From positions 249,994-313,993 of the forward strand of contig CAWEPF010000008.1 in assembly GCA_963810925.1 (NCBI GenBank): a DNA stretch of 64,000 nucleotides. Reading direction: 5' to 3'. A program made the position numbers and the translations under genes. Of this stretch, positions 8,895 through 19,447 are shown in pieces; within the stretch, counting starts at the first letter, position 1; each line of letters starts with the position of its first letter. The notes beneath the pieces are model-generated. The model was given only the letters and a program-made list of their open reading frames with translations. It was not told the origin of the DNA and searched no databases. The stretch is from an uncultured Chloroflexia bacterium. GTDB taxonomy: Bacteria; Chloroflexota; Limnocylindria; QHBO01.

Positions 8895-9794
8895 CTACCG
8901 GCTCGCGGCCTCCGCGAGCACGCGGCGCTGCTGCTCACCCCAGATGGCGACCGAGCCGATGAGCAGCGACAGGCCGTTCAGCCAGATCACGGGCAGGGCC
9001 AGGATGCACGCCGCGGGCACGAGCCACGGTCGATCGGACCGGGCGGCCCACCACAGGACCACGATCGCCGCGGGAAGCCGCACGAACAGCGGGACCGGGA
9101 TGGTGAAGGCGTAGCCGCCCACCGGGTTCTCGTTGAATACCACCGACAGCCAGTCTCCCCACAGAGCGGTGTCGGCCGAGAAGGAGAGGACGGCGATGAC
9201 GATGGTGGCCAGCAGCGCGATCCCGAACTCGGCCCACCGGCCACGGAACGCGAGCCACAGGGCGCCGAGGCCGGGTGTGACCTTGGTCAGGGCGATCCCA
9301 GCCCATGCCACGGGGATGGTCAGCCCCAGCACTACCCCGTAGGCAATGAAGAGGTTGATGTTGCCGGCATAGATATCGGTCCCGGCCAGGAGGTACAGGA
9401 AGGGCCACCAAGCGCGGTACTGGCGCGGGACGCGGTGGATCATGGCCACTGCGACAGCCGTCAGGGCAGCCGTCCAGCCGAACATGAACACGGGCCACGG
9501 CAGCTGGCCCAGCGGGGCCAGGATCTGGAGGAAGGGGGGCGGGTACAGGAACGAACCGATCACCCCCACCGCGGCCCCGGCGTACGGCTCGGGACTGTGC
9601 AGCGCTTCCCAGTAGGCGTGGCTGTCCCAGGCCAGGAACATGAATCCCATGTCCGACATGACCGCGGGAATGGTGAGCAGAGTGGCCACGGCCAGCACGA
9701 ACAGCACCGGGGCGAGGCGATTCAACCAGGCGGTGGTCGTGGCCTCAGAGGACCGCCAGCGGACGCGCGCAGCAGTGGTGATGGTCTCCTCCAT
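8895..9794 (-). CDS. polytopic membrane protein, DUF2029/GT87-like glycosyltransferase candidate
   Basis: 299 aa with 8 or more hydrophobic helices. The family assignment is by general resemblance only. Confidence 0.45.
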   Translation of the reverse strand: MEETITTAARVRWRSSEATTTAWLNRLAPVLFVLAVATLLTIPAVMSDMGFMFLAWDSHAYWEALHSPEPYAGAAVGVIGSFLYPPPFLQILAPLGQLPWPVFMFGWTAALTAVAVAMIHRVPRQYRAWWPFLYLLAGTDIYAGNINLFIAYGVVLGLTIPVAWAGIALTKVTPGLGALWLAFRGRWAEFGIALLATIVIAVLSFSADTALWGDWLSVVFNENPVGGYAFTIPVPLFVRLPAAIVVLWWAARSDRPWLVPAACILALPVIWLNGLSLLIGSVAIWGEQQRRVLAEAASR

Positions 9795-9877
9795 CGTCCT
9801 GATCCTACGATCGGCGACCCGGAATTGGGAAGGGCCGAAGGTCGTTTCTCGCGCGGCCGTCTGGCAGACTGGGGCTC

Positions 9878-11074
9878 GTGCGCGAGCGGCTGAACTGGAT
9901 CGACTGGCTCAAGGTGGTCGTCGTCGTCGGGGCGTTCCTGTTCCATGCCGCCCAGCCGTTCGTGTACACCGAGTGGCTCGTCAACGACACCGACAAGAGC
10001 CTGCTCCTGAGCCTGCTCTCGGGATTCGGCTACCTCTTCGGGATGCCGCTCATGTTCCTGCTGGCCGGCGCGGCCACGTGGCTGGCGGTCGAGCGGCGTG
10101 GGATCGGCGGCCATACCGGCCTGCGGCTGCAGCGCCTGCTCATCCCCCTCGTGCTGGGACTGGTGATCCTCGGGCCGCCCCAGGCCTGGGTGGCCTACGT
10201 CGCCGCCGGCGGTCAGGCCGGTCCGATCGAGTTCCTGGGCGAGTACCTGTCGGGCATCCAGCTGTACCTCAATCCGCGCTGGTTCGGGGACTACGGCCAC
10301 CACCTGTGGTTCCTGGCCTTCCTGTTCCTGTACGTGCTGGTGACCGCGCCGCTGCTTGGTTGGCTGCGAGCTCGGCGGGCCGCCGGAAAGGACCTCGTCA
10401 TCGGTGGGGTGGCCAGCCGGCCCGGTGGCCTGCTGCTGCTCCTGGCGCCGATCGTCGTCATCCAGCTGGTCCTGCGGCCCGCATTCCCCGACTACCGCGA
10501 CTGGGCTGACTTCGCCCTCTGGCTGTCGTACTTCGTGATCGGAATCGGGGCCATGGCCGACGATCGGGTCATGCCGGCCATCCTTCGCCGACGCCGCGTC
10601 ACGCTCTGGTCGGCCCCCTTGGTGGCGCTGGGCTACCTGCCCTTCTTCCTGCTCACCTCAGCGCTCGACCTGGAGCACGCGCCGGGATACACGCTCATCG
10701 GTCTGGCGTACGTCGCCTGGCGATCGGTCCTGGCCTGGGTCATGACCCTGGTCTTCGTGGGCGCCGCCGCGACGTATCTCACCGCGCGGCCCCGGTTCCT
10801 CGGCTGGGCGAGCTCCATGGTCCTCCCCTTCTACGTCCTCCACCACCCGATCACGGTGGTCGTGGCCGCCATGGTCGTGCCCCTGTCGCTGGGCCTGTGG
10901 GCGAAATACGGCCTCATCGTCCTGGTGGCGGGCAGCGTGACCGTGCTTCTGTGTGTCGCGCTCGACGTGGCCACCGCAACGCTGGGCGGGCGGTTCCGGC
11001 CCAGATCGACGTCGAATTCCGTTGCCCAGGCCGAGCCAGCCGGGACGCCCGAACGGGTGGAATTGCCCTCGTGA
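9878..11074 (+). CDS. acyltransferase family 3 membrane protein
   Basis: N-terminal WIDWLKVVVVVGAFLFHA motif (conserved His) and about 10 TM segments. Confidence 0.7.
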   Translation: MRERLNWIDWLKVVVVVGAFLFHAAQPFVYTEWLVNDTDKSLLLSLLSGFGYLFGMPLMFLLAGAATWLAVERRGIGGHTGLRLQRLLIPLVLGLVILGPPQAWVAYVAAGGQAGPIEFLGEYLSGIQLYLNPRWFGDYGHHLWFLAFLFLYVLVTAPLLGWLRARRAAGKDLVIGGVASRPGGLLLLLAPIVVIQLVLRPAFPDYRDWADFALWLSYFVIGIGAMADDRVMPAILRRRRVTLWSAPLVALGYLPFFLLTSALDLEHAPGYTLIGLAYVAWRSVLAWVMTLVFVGAAATYLTARPRFLGWASSMVLPFYVLHHPITVVVAAMVVPLSLGLWAKYGLIVLVAGSVTVLLCVALDVATATLGGRFRPRSTSNSVAQAEPAGTPERVELPS

Positions 11075-11084
11075 GCGTCCGGTG

Positions 11085-13051
11085 ATGAGCCCGGCCGCCC
11101 CGCGAATCGTGGCCGGCGAGCCGCTGGCGGTGCCGGTCGACGCCCAAGCCCGTTCGATCCCCGAGCTCGTGCACCGGACCGTGGCCCGTTCACCGGAACG
11201 GGTGGCGCTCAGGTGGAAGAACGAGGGTGGTTGGTCGTCCTGGACGTATGGCGAGCTGTGGGACCGTGTGGCGGCGGCGGCGATCGGCCTGCGACGCCTG
11301 GGCGTCGGGACCGGCGACCGGGTCGTCATCCTGAGCCGGTCGCGGCCCGAGTGGGTTGTCTTCGACCTCGCCTCGTTGGGCCTGGGTGCGGTCGTCTGCC
11401 CAATCTATCCGGGGGACCCGGCGACAAGGATGGCCGAGACCATCCGCCGCGTGAACGCACGACTGGTGGTGGTCGAGGACGGGAAGCTTCTGACCGGACT
11501 GCGGGCGGCCGGGGCGGGGGAGCGGCGGGAACGGCTGGTGACGGGTTCGCCGTCGTCGGACTCGAACCGGACGCGGTCGACCTCTCGGGGGTCACCGCCG
11601 CATCAGAGCTCCTTGAAGCCAGGCTCACGCCGGACGACCGCGTTGCGTGGCACGCGGCGTGGTCTGCGGTGACCCGTGACCAGGTGGCCACGATCAGCCA
11701 CACCGTCGCGGAGGATGGCGACGCCCTGGGGGTCGTCATCGCCCATGGGAACCTGCTCCACTCGTACGAAGCCATCGTCCAGGCCATCTCCCCGTCCTCC
11801 GAGGCGCGAGTCCTCAGCGTCCTGCCCATGAGCCACATGTTCGAGCGGGGAGCGGGCATCCTCGTCCCGCTCGGTGTGGGCGCAACCGTCTCGTTTGCCG
11901 ACCGCCAGATCGATCGCTGGCGAGGGGACATGATCGAGGTCCGTCCCACGGCGATGGCCACGATCCCGCTTTTCCTCGAGCGGGTGGAGCAGCGCGTGAC
12001 CATGGCGGTGGCCGATGGCCCCGCCTGGCGGCGTGCCCTGTTCGGGTGGGCCACCGGCCTCGGGCATCGCCACTACGCGAACCACGCAGCCGGGCGTCGT
12101 GACGGGTGGTGGCTCCGCGCACGCCGCTTCGTGGCCCTGCGGACCGTCATGAGACCCATCCGCAACGGATTTGGTGGAAGGCTGGAGTACCTCATGACCG
12201 GCGGGGCCGCCCTGCCCGAGTCCACCGGGCTCTTTTTCGAGTCGATCGGGATCCCGGTCCTGGAGGGCTATGGGCTGACCGAGACCGCCCCCATCCTGAC
12301 GGCGAACCAACCCCGGTCGTATCGGTATGGCTCGGTTGGCACGCCGGTGGCCGGGACGGAGCTGCGACTCGACCCGGTGAATGGCGAGATCCTGGCCCGG
12401 GGTCCGCAGATCATGGTCGGCTACCTCGACCGACCGGTCGAAACAGCGCGGGCCATTGACACCGATGGGTGGCTGCACACCGGCGACATCGGCGCATTCG
12501 ATGCGACCGGACGCCTGCGGATCGTGGGGCGGAGGAAGAACCTCCTCGTGCTGGCCACGGGCAAGAACGTCGCGCCGGCGCCCATCGAGCGGGCGATCGA
12601 GACCTCACCCTTCATCGCGCAGGCGGTTCTCGTTGGCGACGACCGGGACCAGACCGGCGCCCTGCTCGTTCCGAACCTGGCGGCGCTGCGGGAGGTCGTC
12701 GATGGGACCGATGGCGAAGCCGATGCCGATTTCGTCTCCCGACCGCAGGTTCAAGCCCGGCTGCGCGCCGAGGTGGAGCGGCTCACGGCCGAATTCGCGG
12801 CCTACGAACGACCGAGACGATTCGCCGTGCTGCCCCGCCCGCTCAGCACCGAGGCCGGCGAGCTGGATGGGATCGGCCGCCCGGTCCGTGCCGCCGTCCT
12901 CCGATCATTCGGCGGCATCGAGCGTGCCCTCCTCGGCGCGGATCGCTCGCATCGCGACCGGCCGGCGCCCGGTGCGGCCGGCAGCGTCACGCCGGGCGGC
13001 GTTCCGGCGCCCGAGTCCGAGACCGAACCCAGCCCCACCCCATCGGCCTGA
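11085..13051 (+). pseudogene. long-chain acyl-CoA synthetase-like AMP-binding protein, frame-disrupted and with a degenerate P-loop
   Basis: The N-terminal 150 aa are in frame 0 (track ORF 10953) and the rest is in frame 2 (track ORF 11213). The frame break lies at about 11505-11545. GYGLTET, WLHTGD and GRRKNLLVLATGKNVAP motifs are present. The A3 motif reads HTVAEDGDALGV. Confidence 0.7.
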
Positions 13052-13072
13052 CACTGGCCGTACGATGACGGC

Positions 13073-13147
13073 GGGCCGTTAGCTCAGCGGCAGAGCAGGG
13101 GACTTTTAATCCTCGTGTCGTGGGTTCGAATCCCACACGGCCCTCCA
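13073..13147 (+). tRNA. tRNA-Lys (anticodon UUU)
   Basis: GGGCCGTTAGCTCAGCGGCAGAGCAGGGGACTTTTAATCCTCGTGTCGTGGGTTCGAATCCCACACGGCCCTCCA forms a cloverleaf with the GTTCGAATC T-loop. CCA is encoded. Confidence 0.9.
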
Positions 13148-13162
13148 CTCCAGCACGGTGAC

Positions 13163-13192
13163 GGAAGGGCCGCTCTCGCGAGCGGCCCTTCC
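13163..13192. terminator. bidirectional GC-rich hairpin between tRNA-Lys and the phoX-like gene
   Basis: GGAAGGGCCGCTC-tcgc-GAGCGGCCCTTCC, a perfect 13-bp stem. Confidence 0.6.
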
Positions 13193-13212
13193 AACGGCTA
13201 AGCCAGCGGCGA

Positions 13213-14823
13213 TCAGCTCCCGGGCACGTACATCAGGAGGAGCTGACCATTCTCGCGGCGTTGCTGGTACGTAGTGCCCGGGGCCGGACCGGGAGGTCCG
13301 CTCCACGTCAGCACATTCGCGTCCACCGACTGGTTGGTGTGCGACTGCACATCGAGTGCCCACCACCCAGCTCCGAACCATCTCGAGACATCCAAGATGC
13401 CGCTCGACTCGCCCGGATCCGAGGTCGCCGGGTTGTTGTCCTGGTCGACGGTCGCAACGTGCGTCCAGGTCGTCCCGTAGTCGAACCGCCAGATCTTGGC
13501 GTTGCCCACGTCCTCCTGGACCATCAGGCTGTTCGACCCGGCATCGACGTTGTCGGGGTTGCGCATGCCAACGCTGGCAGCGTCCAGGACGACGGAGAAC
13601 TCGTCGACCTTCGTCGGATCGGTCTTATTGAAGACGATCTTGAAGATTCGCCCGAGGGAGGTGACCCCGCCCGATGCCGGACGCCACAGGCGCCCGGTGG
13701 TTGCGCTTTCCACCAGCCGGCTGTTGCCGGTGTCGGCGAAATAGACGACGCGCGGGTTGTCCGGGTCGTAGTCGATGTCTTCGACCCGCACGAACTGGAA
13801 CACGTTGTTCGCGTTCGACCAGTCCTCGAGCGCGTCCTGCGGAAGGTCAGCCGTCGTGCCGCGCGCGATCGCGTCCGGCACCGGGATGAACTCCCCCTTC
13901 CAGGTCTGACCCGGAGCGATCTCCAGGAAGTCGTTGGCGTCGTTGAACGGATCGGCAGGGTTCACCGCACCGTTCTGGGTCGCGGTGACCCGGAACGCCC
14001 AGAGCGTCTGCTTGTCCCGGGTGAAGTCCAGGAAGCTCCGGCCCATGTCCAGGTAGAGCTGGCTGAAGTTGGGGCGCGCCTCGGTCGATGGGGTCGTGAA
14101 CGTGTCGTCCCCAGACAGGGCGATCGTCTTCCCCCACCAAGCACCCGGGATGAACGCGGTGTTCTCATGGTTGAAGCGTCCCGCGCCAGCCATGACGCCG
14201 TATTTCCCGGTCAGCGTGTTCAACCAGACCGAGTAGCCGGCCTGGCGGTTCGCGCCGAGCGAGGCAGCATCCGGTCCGTAGACGGCGCCAGCCGGGACAG
14301 GAAGCTGGTCGTTGGACTCCTCGTTGAGGAAGAGCGTGTAGATCGGGAAGCCTTCACGCGGGCCGGCCATGGTGGCGGAGCAGAAGCGGATGAAGCCCGC
14401 ACCGGACGGCAGAACGACCTCCATGTCGATCACGGCGTGACTGACGGGATCAACCCGCACGCGAGTAACCGATGAATCCTGGAAGTCGGCAAATCCGCCG
14501 AACGGGACGTGAGACTGCTCGTGGTTGACGTAGAGGTCGATCCAGTCGGGGTGGCCCAGGACTGGCAGGCCGGTCGGCCAATGCTTCTTGCCTGGGACGA
14601 CGCCGATGCCGTCCGGGATGCCTTCGAACGTGTCGCCGAACGCGACATCCCCGGAGTTGATGAGCGGGGTGAACGTGACGCCCGGGATCAGTCCCGAGCT
14701 GACGACTAATGAGGTTGGCGGGGGAGCCCAGCCAAGCGCCGAAGCCGGCAGGGCTATGACCAGGACGAGGGCAGCCAGAACAGCTCGCGTGGAGCGTCGG
14801 GACCGCCCGATAGCCGGAGTCAT
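13213..14823 (-). CDS. secreted PhoX-like (DUF839) phosphatase
   Basis: RR-containing signal peptide (GRSRRSTRAVLAALVLV). FNHENTAF and VRVEDIDYDPDNP motifs are typical of the PhoX beta-propeller family. AGGAGG sits 8 nt before the ATG. The gene lies next to the pst operon. Confidence 0.7.
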   Translation of the reverse strand: MTPAIGRSRRSTRAVLAALVLVIALPASALGWAPPPTSLVVSSGLIPGVTFTPLINSGDVAFGDTFEGIPDGIGVVPGKKHWPTGLPVLGHPDWIDLYVNHEQSHVPFGGFADFQDSSVTRVRVDPVSHAVIDMEVVLPSGAGFIRFCSATMAGPREGFPIYTLFLNEESNDQLPVPAGAVYGPDAASLGANRQAGYSVWLNTLTGKYGVMAGAGRFNHENTAFIPGAWWGKTIALSGDDTFTTPSTEARPNFSQLYLDMGRSFLDFTRDKQTLWAFRVTATQNGAVNPADPFNDANDFLEIAPGQTWKGEFIPVPDAIARGTTADLPQDALEDWSNANNVFQFVRVEDIDYDPDNPRVVYFADTGNSRLVESATTGRLWRPASGGVTSLGRIFKIVFNKTDPTKVDEFSVVLDAASVGMRNPDNVDAGSNSLMVQEDVGNAKIWRFDYGTTWTHVATVDQDNNPATSDPGESSGILDVSRWFGAGWWALDVQSHTNQSVDANVLTWSGPPGPAPGTTYQQRRENGQLLLMYVPGS

Positions 14824-14976
14824 GGGGCACGCCTCCTGTCACATCTCAGTGGCGAAATACCAGACCCCCGGATGGGTGGCCTATGGTGCGCCGTCGGCCA
14901 CGCGATTTCTGGCGAATCTCGCCGGCCGGTGCCTAAGCGCACCGCCACGGAGGGGTTCCGCGCGGTGCGCAACCGC

Positions 14977-15342
14977 CTACGAGCCGACGAACACCGCGAG
15001 ACGAACGCCAACCACCACCAGCAGCACACCGAACATCCGCTGGATGACATCGTTCGGCAGGGTCACCGCCAGGCGTGCCCCGAAGTACGCCCCAACCAGG
15101 ATGCCGAGCGCGAGGACTACGGCCAGGCCCACGTCGATGAGGCCGGCACGCCAGTACTCCATCGCGCCCAGGATGCCCACCGGCAGCAGCAGCGCCGCCA
15201 GCGAGGTGCCTGCCGCGCGCTTGGTCTCCATCCCCAGGAACAGGATGAGGCTGGGGACGATCACCAACCCCCCACCGATACCGAACAGGCCCGAGAGCAC
15301 GCCGCCCACGAGACCGATGAGGCCACCCACGAGGAGCTGCAC
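14977..15342 (-). CDS. TSUP (TauE/SafE) family half-size membrane transporter
   Basis: 121 aa with 4 TM segments and the GIGGGLVIVP motif. Confidence 0.7.
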   Translation of the reverse strand: MQLLVGGLIGLVGGVLSGLFGIGGGLVIVPSLILFLGMETKRAAGTSLAALLLPVGILGAMEYWRAGLIDVGLAVVLALGILVGAYFGARLAVTLPNDVIQRMFGVLLVVVGVRLAVFVGS

Positions 15343-15403
15343 CGCGGACCTCCAGCTACGTCAGAGAGGCCGATGGTAGAGCCCTTGGGGCCTTAATCGT
15401 CCG

Positions 15404-15447
15404 TTGATGAACGGCTGACGATCGCTTGAGCAGGGTTCTGGAACATG
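15404..15447 (+). promoter_or_regulatory. candidate Pho-box array (11-bp phased direct repeats) upstream of pstS
   Basis: TTGATGAACGG / CTGACGATCGC / TTGAGCAGGGT / TCTGGAACATG are consecutive 11-nt units. The first three start (T/C)TGA. The array lies 40-80 nt upstream of the pstS GTG. Confidence 0.35.
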
Positions 15448-15484
15448 ACGGCGCAATTTGCCCATGCCTGAAGGAGTTCCCACA

Positions 15485-16543
15485 GTGAAATCCACGTTGC
15501 GCCCTGCTGCGCTGCTGTTTGTCGGACTGCTCGCGCTCTCGGCATGTCAGTCCTCCGCGAGCTCGTCGCCGTCAGAGAGCCAGGCGGCTGCAACCTCCGC
15601 CGCCAGCGAGGACACCCTTGCTGGCGACATCCAGATCTCTGGATCGTCGACGGTCCTGCCGATCAGTAGCCGGGTCTTCGAGGCATTCACCGCCCTCCAT
15701 CCGGGCGTGACCGGCTTCGTGGACGGTCCAGGCACCGGCGATGGCTTTGCGCTGTTCTGCAACGGCGAGACCGATATCAGCGACGCCTCCCGCACGATCA
15801 AGGACGAAGAAGCCACGACGTGCGCCGATGCGGGCATCGAGTACGTGGAGTTGAAGGTTGGGATCGACGGCATCGCCGTGATCACCTCCGCAGAGAACAC
15901 CTCAATCGACTGCCTCAGCTTCCTCGACCTGTACGCCCTGCTTGGGCCCGAGTCGGAAGGGTTCACGAACTGGTCCGACGCCAACGACCTCGCGGCCCAA
16001 CTGGCCACCGAGCTGGGTGGTGACTACGGCGAGTCGCACGCGCCGTATCCGGACGCGACATTGACCGTCACCGCACCAGGCGAGGAGTCCGGGACGTTCG
16101 ACAGCTTCATCGAGCTCGCCCTGGCCAAGATCGCGGCGGCGCGAAGCCAGGACGCGACCACGCGACCGGACTACCAGGCATCTGGTGACGACAACGTGAT
16201 CATCGAAGGCGTCGCAGGGACGGCCGATGCCCCGGATACGCTCGGATGGGTTGGCTTCGCCTATGCCACCGAGAACACCGACAAGGTCAAGCTGATCCCC
16301 GTCGACAAGGGCGACGGGTGCACGCCCGCGACGGAGGACACGATCGCCTCGGCGTCGTACCCCCTGAGCCGCTACCTGTACATCTACCCCAACCTCGCGA
16401 GTGTTGCCGACAAGCCAGCCGTGCAGGCATTTGTCGATTACTACCTCTCGGACGAGGGGATCGCGAATGTTGCGGCGGCCGACTATGTGCCGCTTGCAGA
16501 CGCAGACCTGGCGGCCACTCGCTCGGCCTGGGAGGGACGCTGA
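15485..16543 (+). CDS. pstS: phosphate ABC transporter substrate-binding lipoprotein
   Basis: GTG at 15485 lies 8 nt after AAGGAG. Lipobox LLALSAC. ISGSSTVLPI and GPGTGDG motifs of the PstS family. Confidence 0.85.
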   Translation: MKSTLRPAALLFVGLLALSACQSSASSSPSESQAAATSAASEDTLAGDIQISGSSTVLPISSRVFEAFTALHPGVTGFVDGPGTGDGFALFCNGETDISDASRTIKDEEATTCADAGIEYVELKVGIDGIAVITSAENTSIDCLSFLDLYALLGPESEGFTNWSDANDLAAQLATELGGDYGESHAPYPDATLTVTAPGEESGTFDSFIELALAKIAAARSQDATTRPDYQASGDDNVIIEGVAGTADAPDTLGWVGFAYATENTDKVKLIPVDKGDGCTPATEDTIASASYPLSRYLYIYPNLASVADKPAVQAFVDYYLSDEGIANVAAADYVPLADADLAATRSAWEGR

Positions 16544-16570
16544 GCAGCGTTCCATCTCCTCCCTCCTCGG

Positions 16571-16598
16571 GGGCCGGGCGCCTCAGGGCGCCCGGCCC
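16571..16598 (+). terminator. intra-operon hairpin (attenuator/terminator) after pstS
   Basis: GGGCCGGGCGCC-tcag-GGCGCCCGGCCC followed by TTTCC, between pstS and pstC. Confidence 0.5.
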
Positions 16599-16639
16599 TT
16601 TCCTTCCACGCTCGTCATCCGTAGAGTGATTTCCGGACC

Positions 16640-17584
16640 ATGACCGCCGTCTCCCAGTCAGCCTCACGCCAGCTTCGCGTCGATGACCTCCGGATCAGTC
16701 CCCGAAGGAGGATTCGCGAGGCATTCATCCGCGTGGCGATCACGATTTCAGCCACAGCGTCAATCCTGATCAGCACCCTGATCGTGCTTTCACTGATCGG
16801 CAATGCGATCGCCTTCATCACCGCGGTGGATCCGACCCAGCTCGTGGCCGAGGGCTGGTTCCCGCGCCGCGACTTGTTCTCCATCCCCACCATCCTGGCC
16901 GGGACCCTTGTCATCAGCGCCGTCGGCATGCTCATCGCCACCCCCTTGGGAATCGGGGCCGCCATCTACCTGTCGGAATACGCCTCGGATCGCGCTCGAA
17001 AGACACTCAAGCCCGTCCTTGAAGTTCTCGCGGCGGTCCCCTCGGTCGTGCTGGGGTACTTCGCCATCACGGTGATCAGCCCGAACGTGGTGTCCACCAT
17101 TCATCCGGGGACGCCAGTGTTCAGCATGGCGGCCGCCGGCATTGCGGTGGGCATCCTCATCACACCCCTGATCGCGTCGGTCGCCGAGGACGCGCTCCAT
17201 GCCGTTCCCAACGCGTTGCGCGAAGCCTCCTACGGCCTCGGTGCTCGGCGGCTGGCGACCAGTCTGCGGGTGGTCGTGCCGGCGGCCATCTCCGGCATCG
17301 TGGCTGCCCTGATCCTCGGTATCTCACGCGCCATCGGCGAGACAATGATCGTGGCCATCGCCGCGGGGGCGACCGGTGGCTCGCTGTTCACGATCAACCC
17401 GTTCGACCCGGGGATCACGATGACCGCCGCGATGACGGCCCTGGCGACGGGTTCGGACCAGGTTCGCGGAGCAACCCTTGCATTTCCGAGCCTGTTCTTC
17501 GTGGGCCTACTGTTGTTCGCCATGACGCTGGTCCTGAACTTCATCAGCGACGCATTCGTGCGCAGAGTGCGGGAGCGGTACTGA
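16640..17584 (+). CDS. pstC: phosphate ABC transporter permease
   Basis: 314 aa with 6 TM segments. EAA-like loop AVPNALREASYGLGA. Positioned after pstS. Confidence 0.9.
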   Translation: MTAVSQSASRQLRVDDLRISPRRRIREAFIRVAITISATASILISTLIVLSLIGNAIAFITAVDPTQLVAEGWFPRRDLFSIPTILAGTLVISAVGMLIATPLGIGAAIYLSEYASDRARKTLKPVLEVLAAVPSVVLGYFAITVISPNVVSTIHPGTPVFSMAAAGIAVGILITPLIASVAEDALHAVPNALREASYGLGARRLATSLRVVVPAAISGIVAALILGISRAIGETMIVAIAAGATGGSLFTINPFDPGITMTAAMTALATGSDQVRGATLAFPSLFFVGLLLFAMTLVLNFISDAFVRRVRERY

Positions 17585-18519
17585 TGACTGCGGAGACGGC
17601 GTCGACACGGCCAAGCGCCGCTCGGGCGGCGGTCGAGGCTGGACTGCACAGCGGGCGTCGCGACTGGGTAGGCCTGCTGGCCGGATTCATCCTCCTCCTG
17701 ACGCTGATCATTTCGCTCGCGATCCTGTTCGTTCTCCTGGCTGATGTCGTGACTCGCGCGCTGCCGGTCCTCAGCACGCGGGGCCTCGATTTCCTCACGG
17801 GCCCGAACAGCTCGAACCCGGAGATCGCCGGTGTCGGACAGGCCATCGTCGGGTCGATCGTGCTCACGATGTTCGTGATCGTCATCGCCCTCCCGATCGG
17901 AATCACGGCCGCGGTCTACCTCGAGGAGTACGCGGGTGACAGCCGCTTCTCCCGCCTCATCAACACGAACATCCGAAACTTGGCCGGGGTGCCGGCGATC
18001 GTCTACGGGCTGCTCGGTCTGGCCGTGTTCGTCACGGCCGTGGGCGCCGGCCGCAGCCTGATCGCAGGGGGCATGACGCTCGCCATCCTCGTATTGCCCA
18101 TCGTGGTGATCACCACTGCCGAAGCACTGCGGGCGGTGCCGTTGACCATTCGTGAGGCGGCCTTCGGAGTCGGCGCGACACGCTCAGAGGTCGTAACCGG
18201 TCACGTGCTCCCCTATGCCATGCCGGGCATTCTGACCGGCGTCGTCCTCACCCTGGCGCGAGCGTTTGGGGAGACGGCGCCGCTGATCATGGTCGGCGCG
18301 ATCACAGGCGTGTTCAGATCCCCACCACAGGAATCGATTCTGGATCGGCTGCAGGGACCGTTCACAGCCCTCCCAACCCTGGTGTTCAGCTGGGCAAAGC
18401 AGCCGCAGGACGAGTTCCGGGCGCTGACCGCCGCGGCCATCATCGTCCTGCTCGTCGTCATCCTGGCCGTCAACGCAGCGGCCATTCTCTTGCGCAATCG
18501 ATACGATAGGCGGTGGTAA
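17584..18519 (+). CDS. pstA: phosphate ABC transporter permease
   Basis: 311 aa. [16 protein letters not shown] loop. 1-nt overlap with the pstC stop. Confidence 0.9.
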   Translation: MTAETASTRPSAARAAVEAGLHSGRRDWVGLLAGFILLLTLIISLAILFVLLADVVTRALPVLSTRGLDFLTGPNSSNPEIAGVGQAIVGSIVLTMFVIVIALPIGITAAVYLEEYAGDSRFSRLINTNIRNLAGVPAIVYGLLGLAVFVTAVGAGRSLIAGGMTLAILVLPIVVITTAEALRAVPLTIREAAFGVGATRSEVVTGHVLPYAMPGILTGVVLTLARAFGETAPLIMVGAITGVFRSPPQESILDRLQGPFTALPTLVFSWAKQPQDEFRALTAAAIIVLLVVILAVNAAAILLRNRYDRRW

Positions 18520-18523
18520 CGCG

Positions 18524-19447
18524 ATGTCCGTCAAGCTCACCCCCAGGTCCGGGACGAACCCCGAGACGGAGAGTCAGCCGATGACCGAGCCCATGGCAGT
18601 AGAACCCGCTGGCACCCAGCCAGTGGTTCATCTCCGGCCATCGGCCGAACCGGCCCCAGTCGCGGATGCCCAATCGGTTCCGGCCGAGGTCGTCTTCGAG
18701 CTGGAGAACTTCTCGTGCTACTACGGGGACTTCCGCGCCGTCCGCGAGATCAGCCTCTCCATCGAACGCAACCGGATCACGGCCATCATCGGTCCCTCGG
18801 GATGCGGGAAGAGCACCCTCCTGCGGAGCTTCAACCGGATGAACGACCTCGTTCCGTCGGCGCGCGTGGACGGCAAGATCCTGTACCACGGCGTGGATCT
18901 CTACGCGGACGGGGTGGACCCCGTGGAGGTTCGTCGCCGGATCGGGATGGTGTTCCAGAAACCGAACCCGTTCCCGAAGTCGATCTACGACAACGTGGCC
19001 TTCGGTCCCCGCGTCGCCGGCTACAAGGGCGATCTCAAGGCGCTGGTGGAGCAGTCGCTTCGCCGTGCCGCGTTGTGGGACGAGGTGAAGGACAAGCTGA
19101 AGGAACCGGGGACGGCACTCTCGGGCGGCCAGCAGCAGCGGCTGTGCATCGCGCGGGCCATCGCGGTGGAACCGGACGTGATCCTCATGGACGAGCCATG
19201 CTCGGCGCTGGACCCCATCGCCACGCTGAAGATCGAGGAGCTCATGCGCGAACTGCGCGAGAACTACACGATCGTGATCGTGACCCACAACATGCAGCAG
19301 GCGGCACGGGCATCCGACACCACCGTCTTCCTGACGATGGGGGACGACCGCGCCGGCTACAAGGTCGAGATGGCGCCAACCGAGCAGCTGTTCACGCGAC
19401 CTGAGAACGAGCTGACCGAGCAGTACATCACGGGGCGATTTGGATGA
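18524..19447 (+). CDS. pstB: phosphate ABC transporter ATP-binding protein
   Basis: GPSGCGKST Walker [10 protein letters not shown] signature and ILMDEP Walker B. About 50 aa N-terminal extension. Confidence 0.9.
   Translation: MSVKLTPRSGTNPETESQPMTEPMAVEPAGTQPVVHLRPSAEPAPVADAQSVPAEVVFELENFSCYYGDFRAVREISLSIERNRITAIIGPSGCGKSTLLRSFNRMNDLVPSARVDGKILYHGVDLYADGVDPVEVRRRIGMVFQKPNPFPKSIYDNVAFGPRVAGYKGDLKALVEQSLRRAALWDEVKDKLKEPGTALSGGQQQRLCIARAIAVEPDVILMDEPCSALDPIATLKIEELMRELRENYTIVIVTHNMQQAARASDTTVFLTMGDDRAGYKVEMAPTEQLFTRPENELTEQYITGRFG

Noticed and set aside
14824-14976. Pho-box search upstream of the phoX-like gene
   Set aside because: Only CTGAGATGTGACAGG is present, and it overlaps the ribosome-binding site. 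There is no 11-nt phased repeat comparable to the pstS upstream array.
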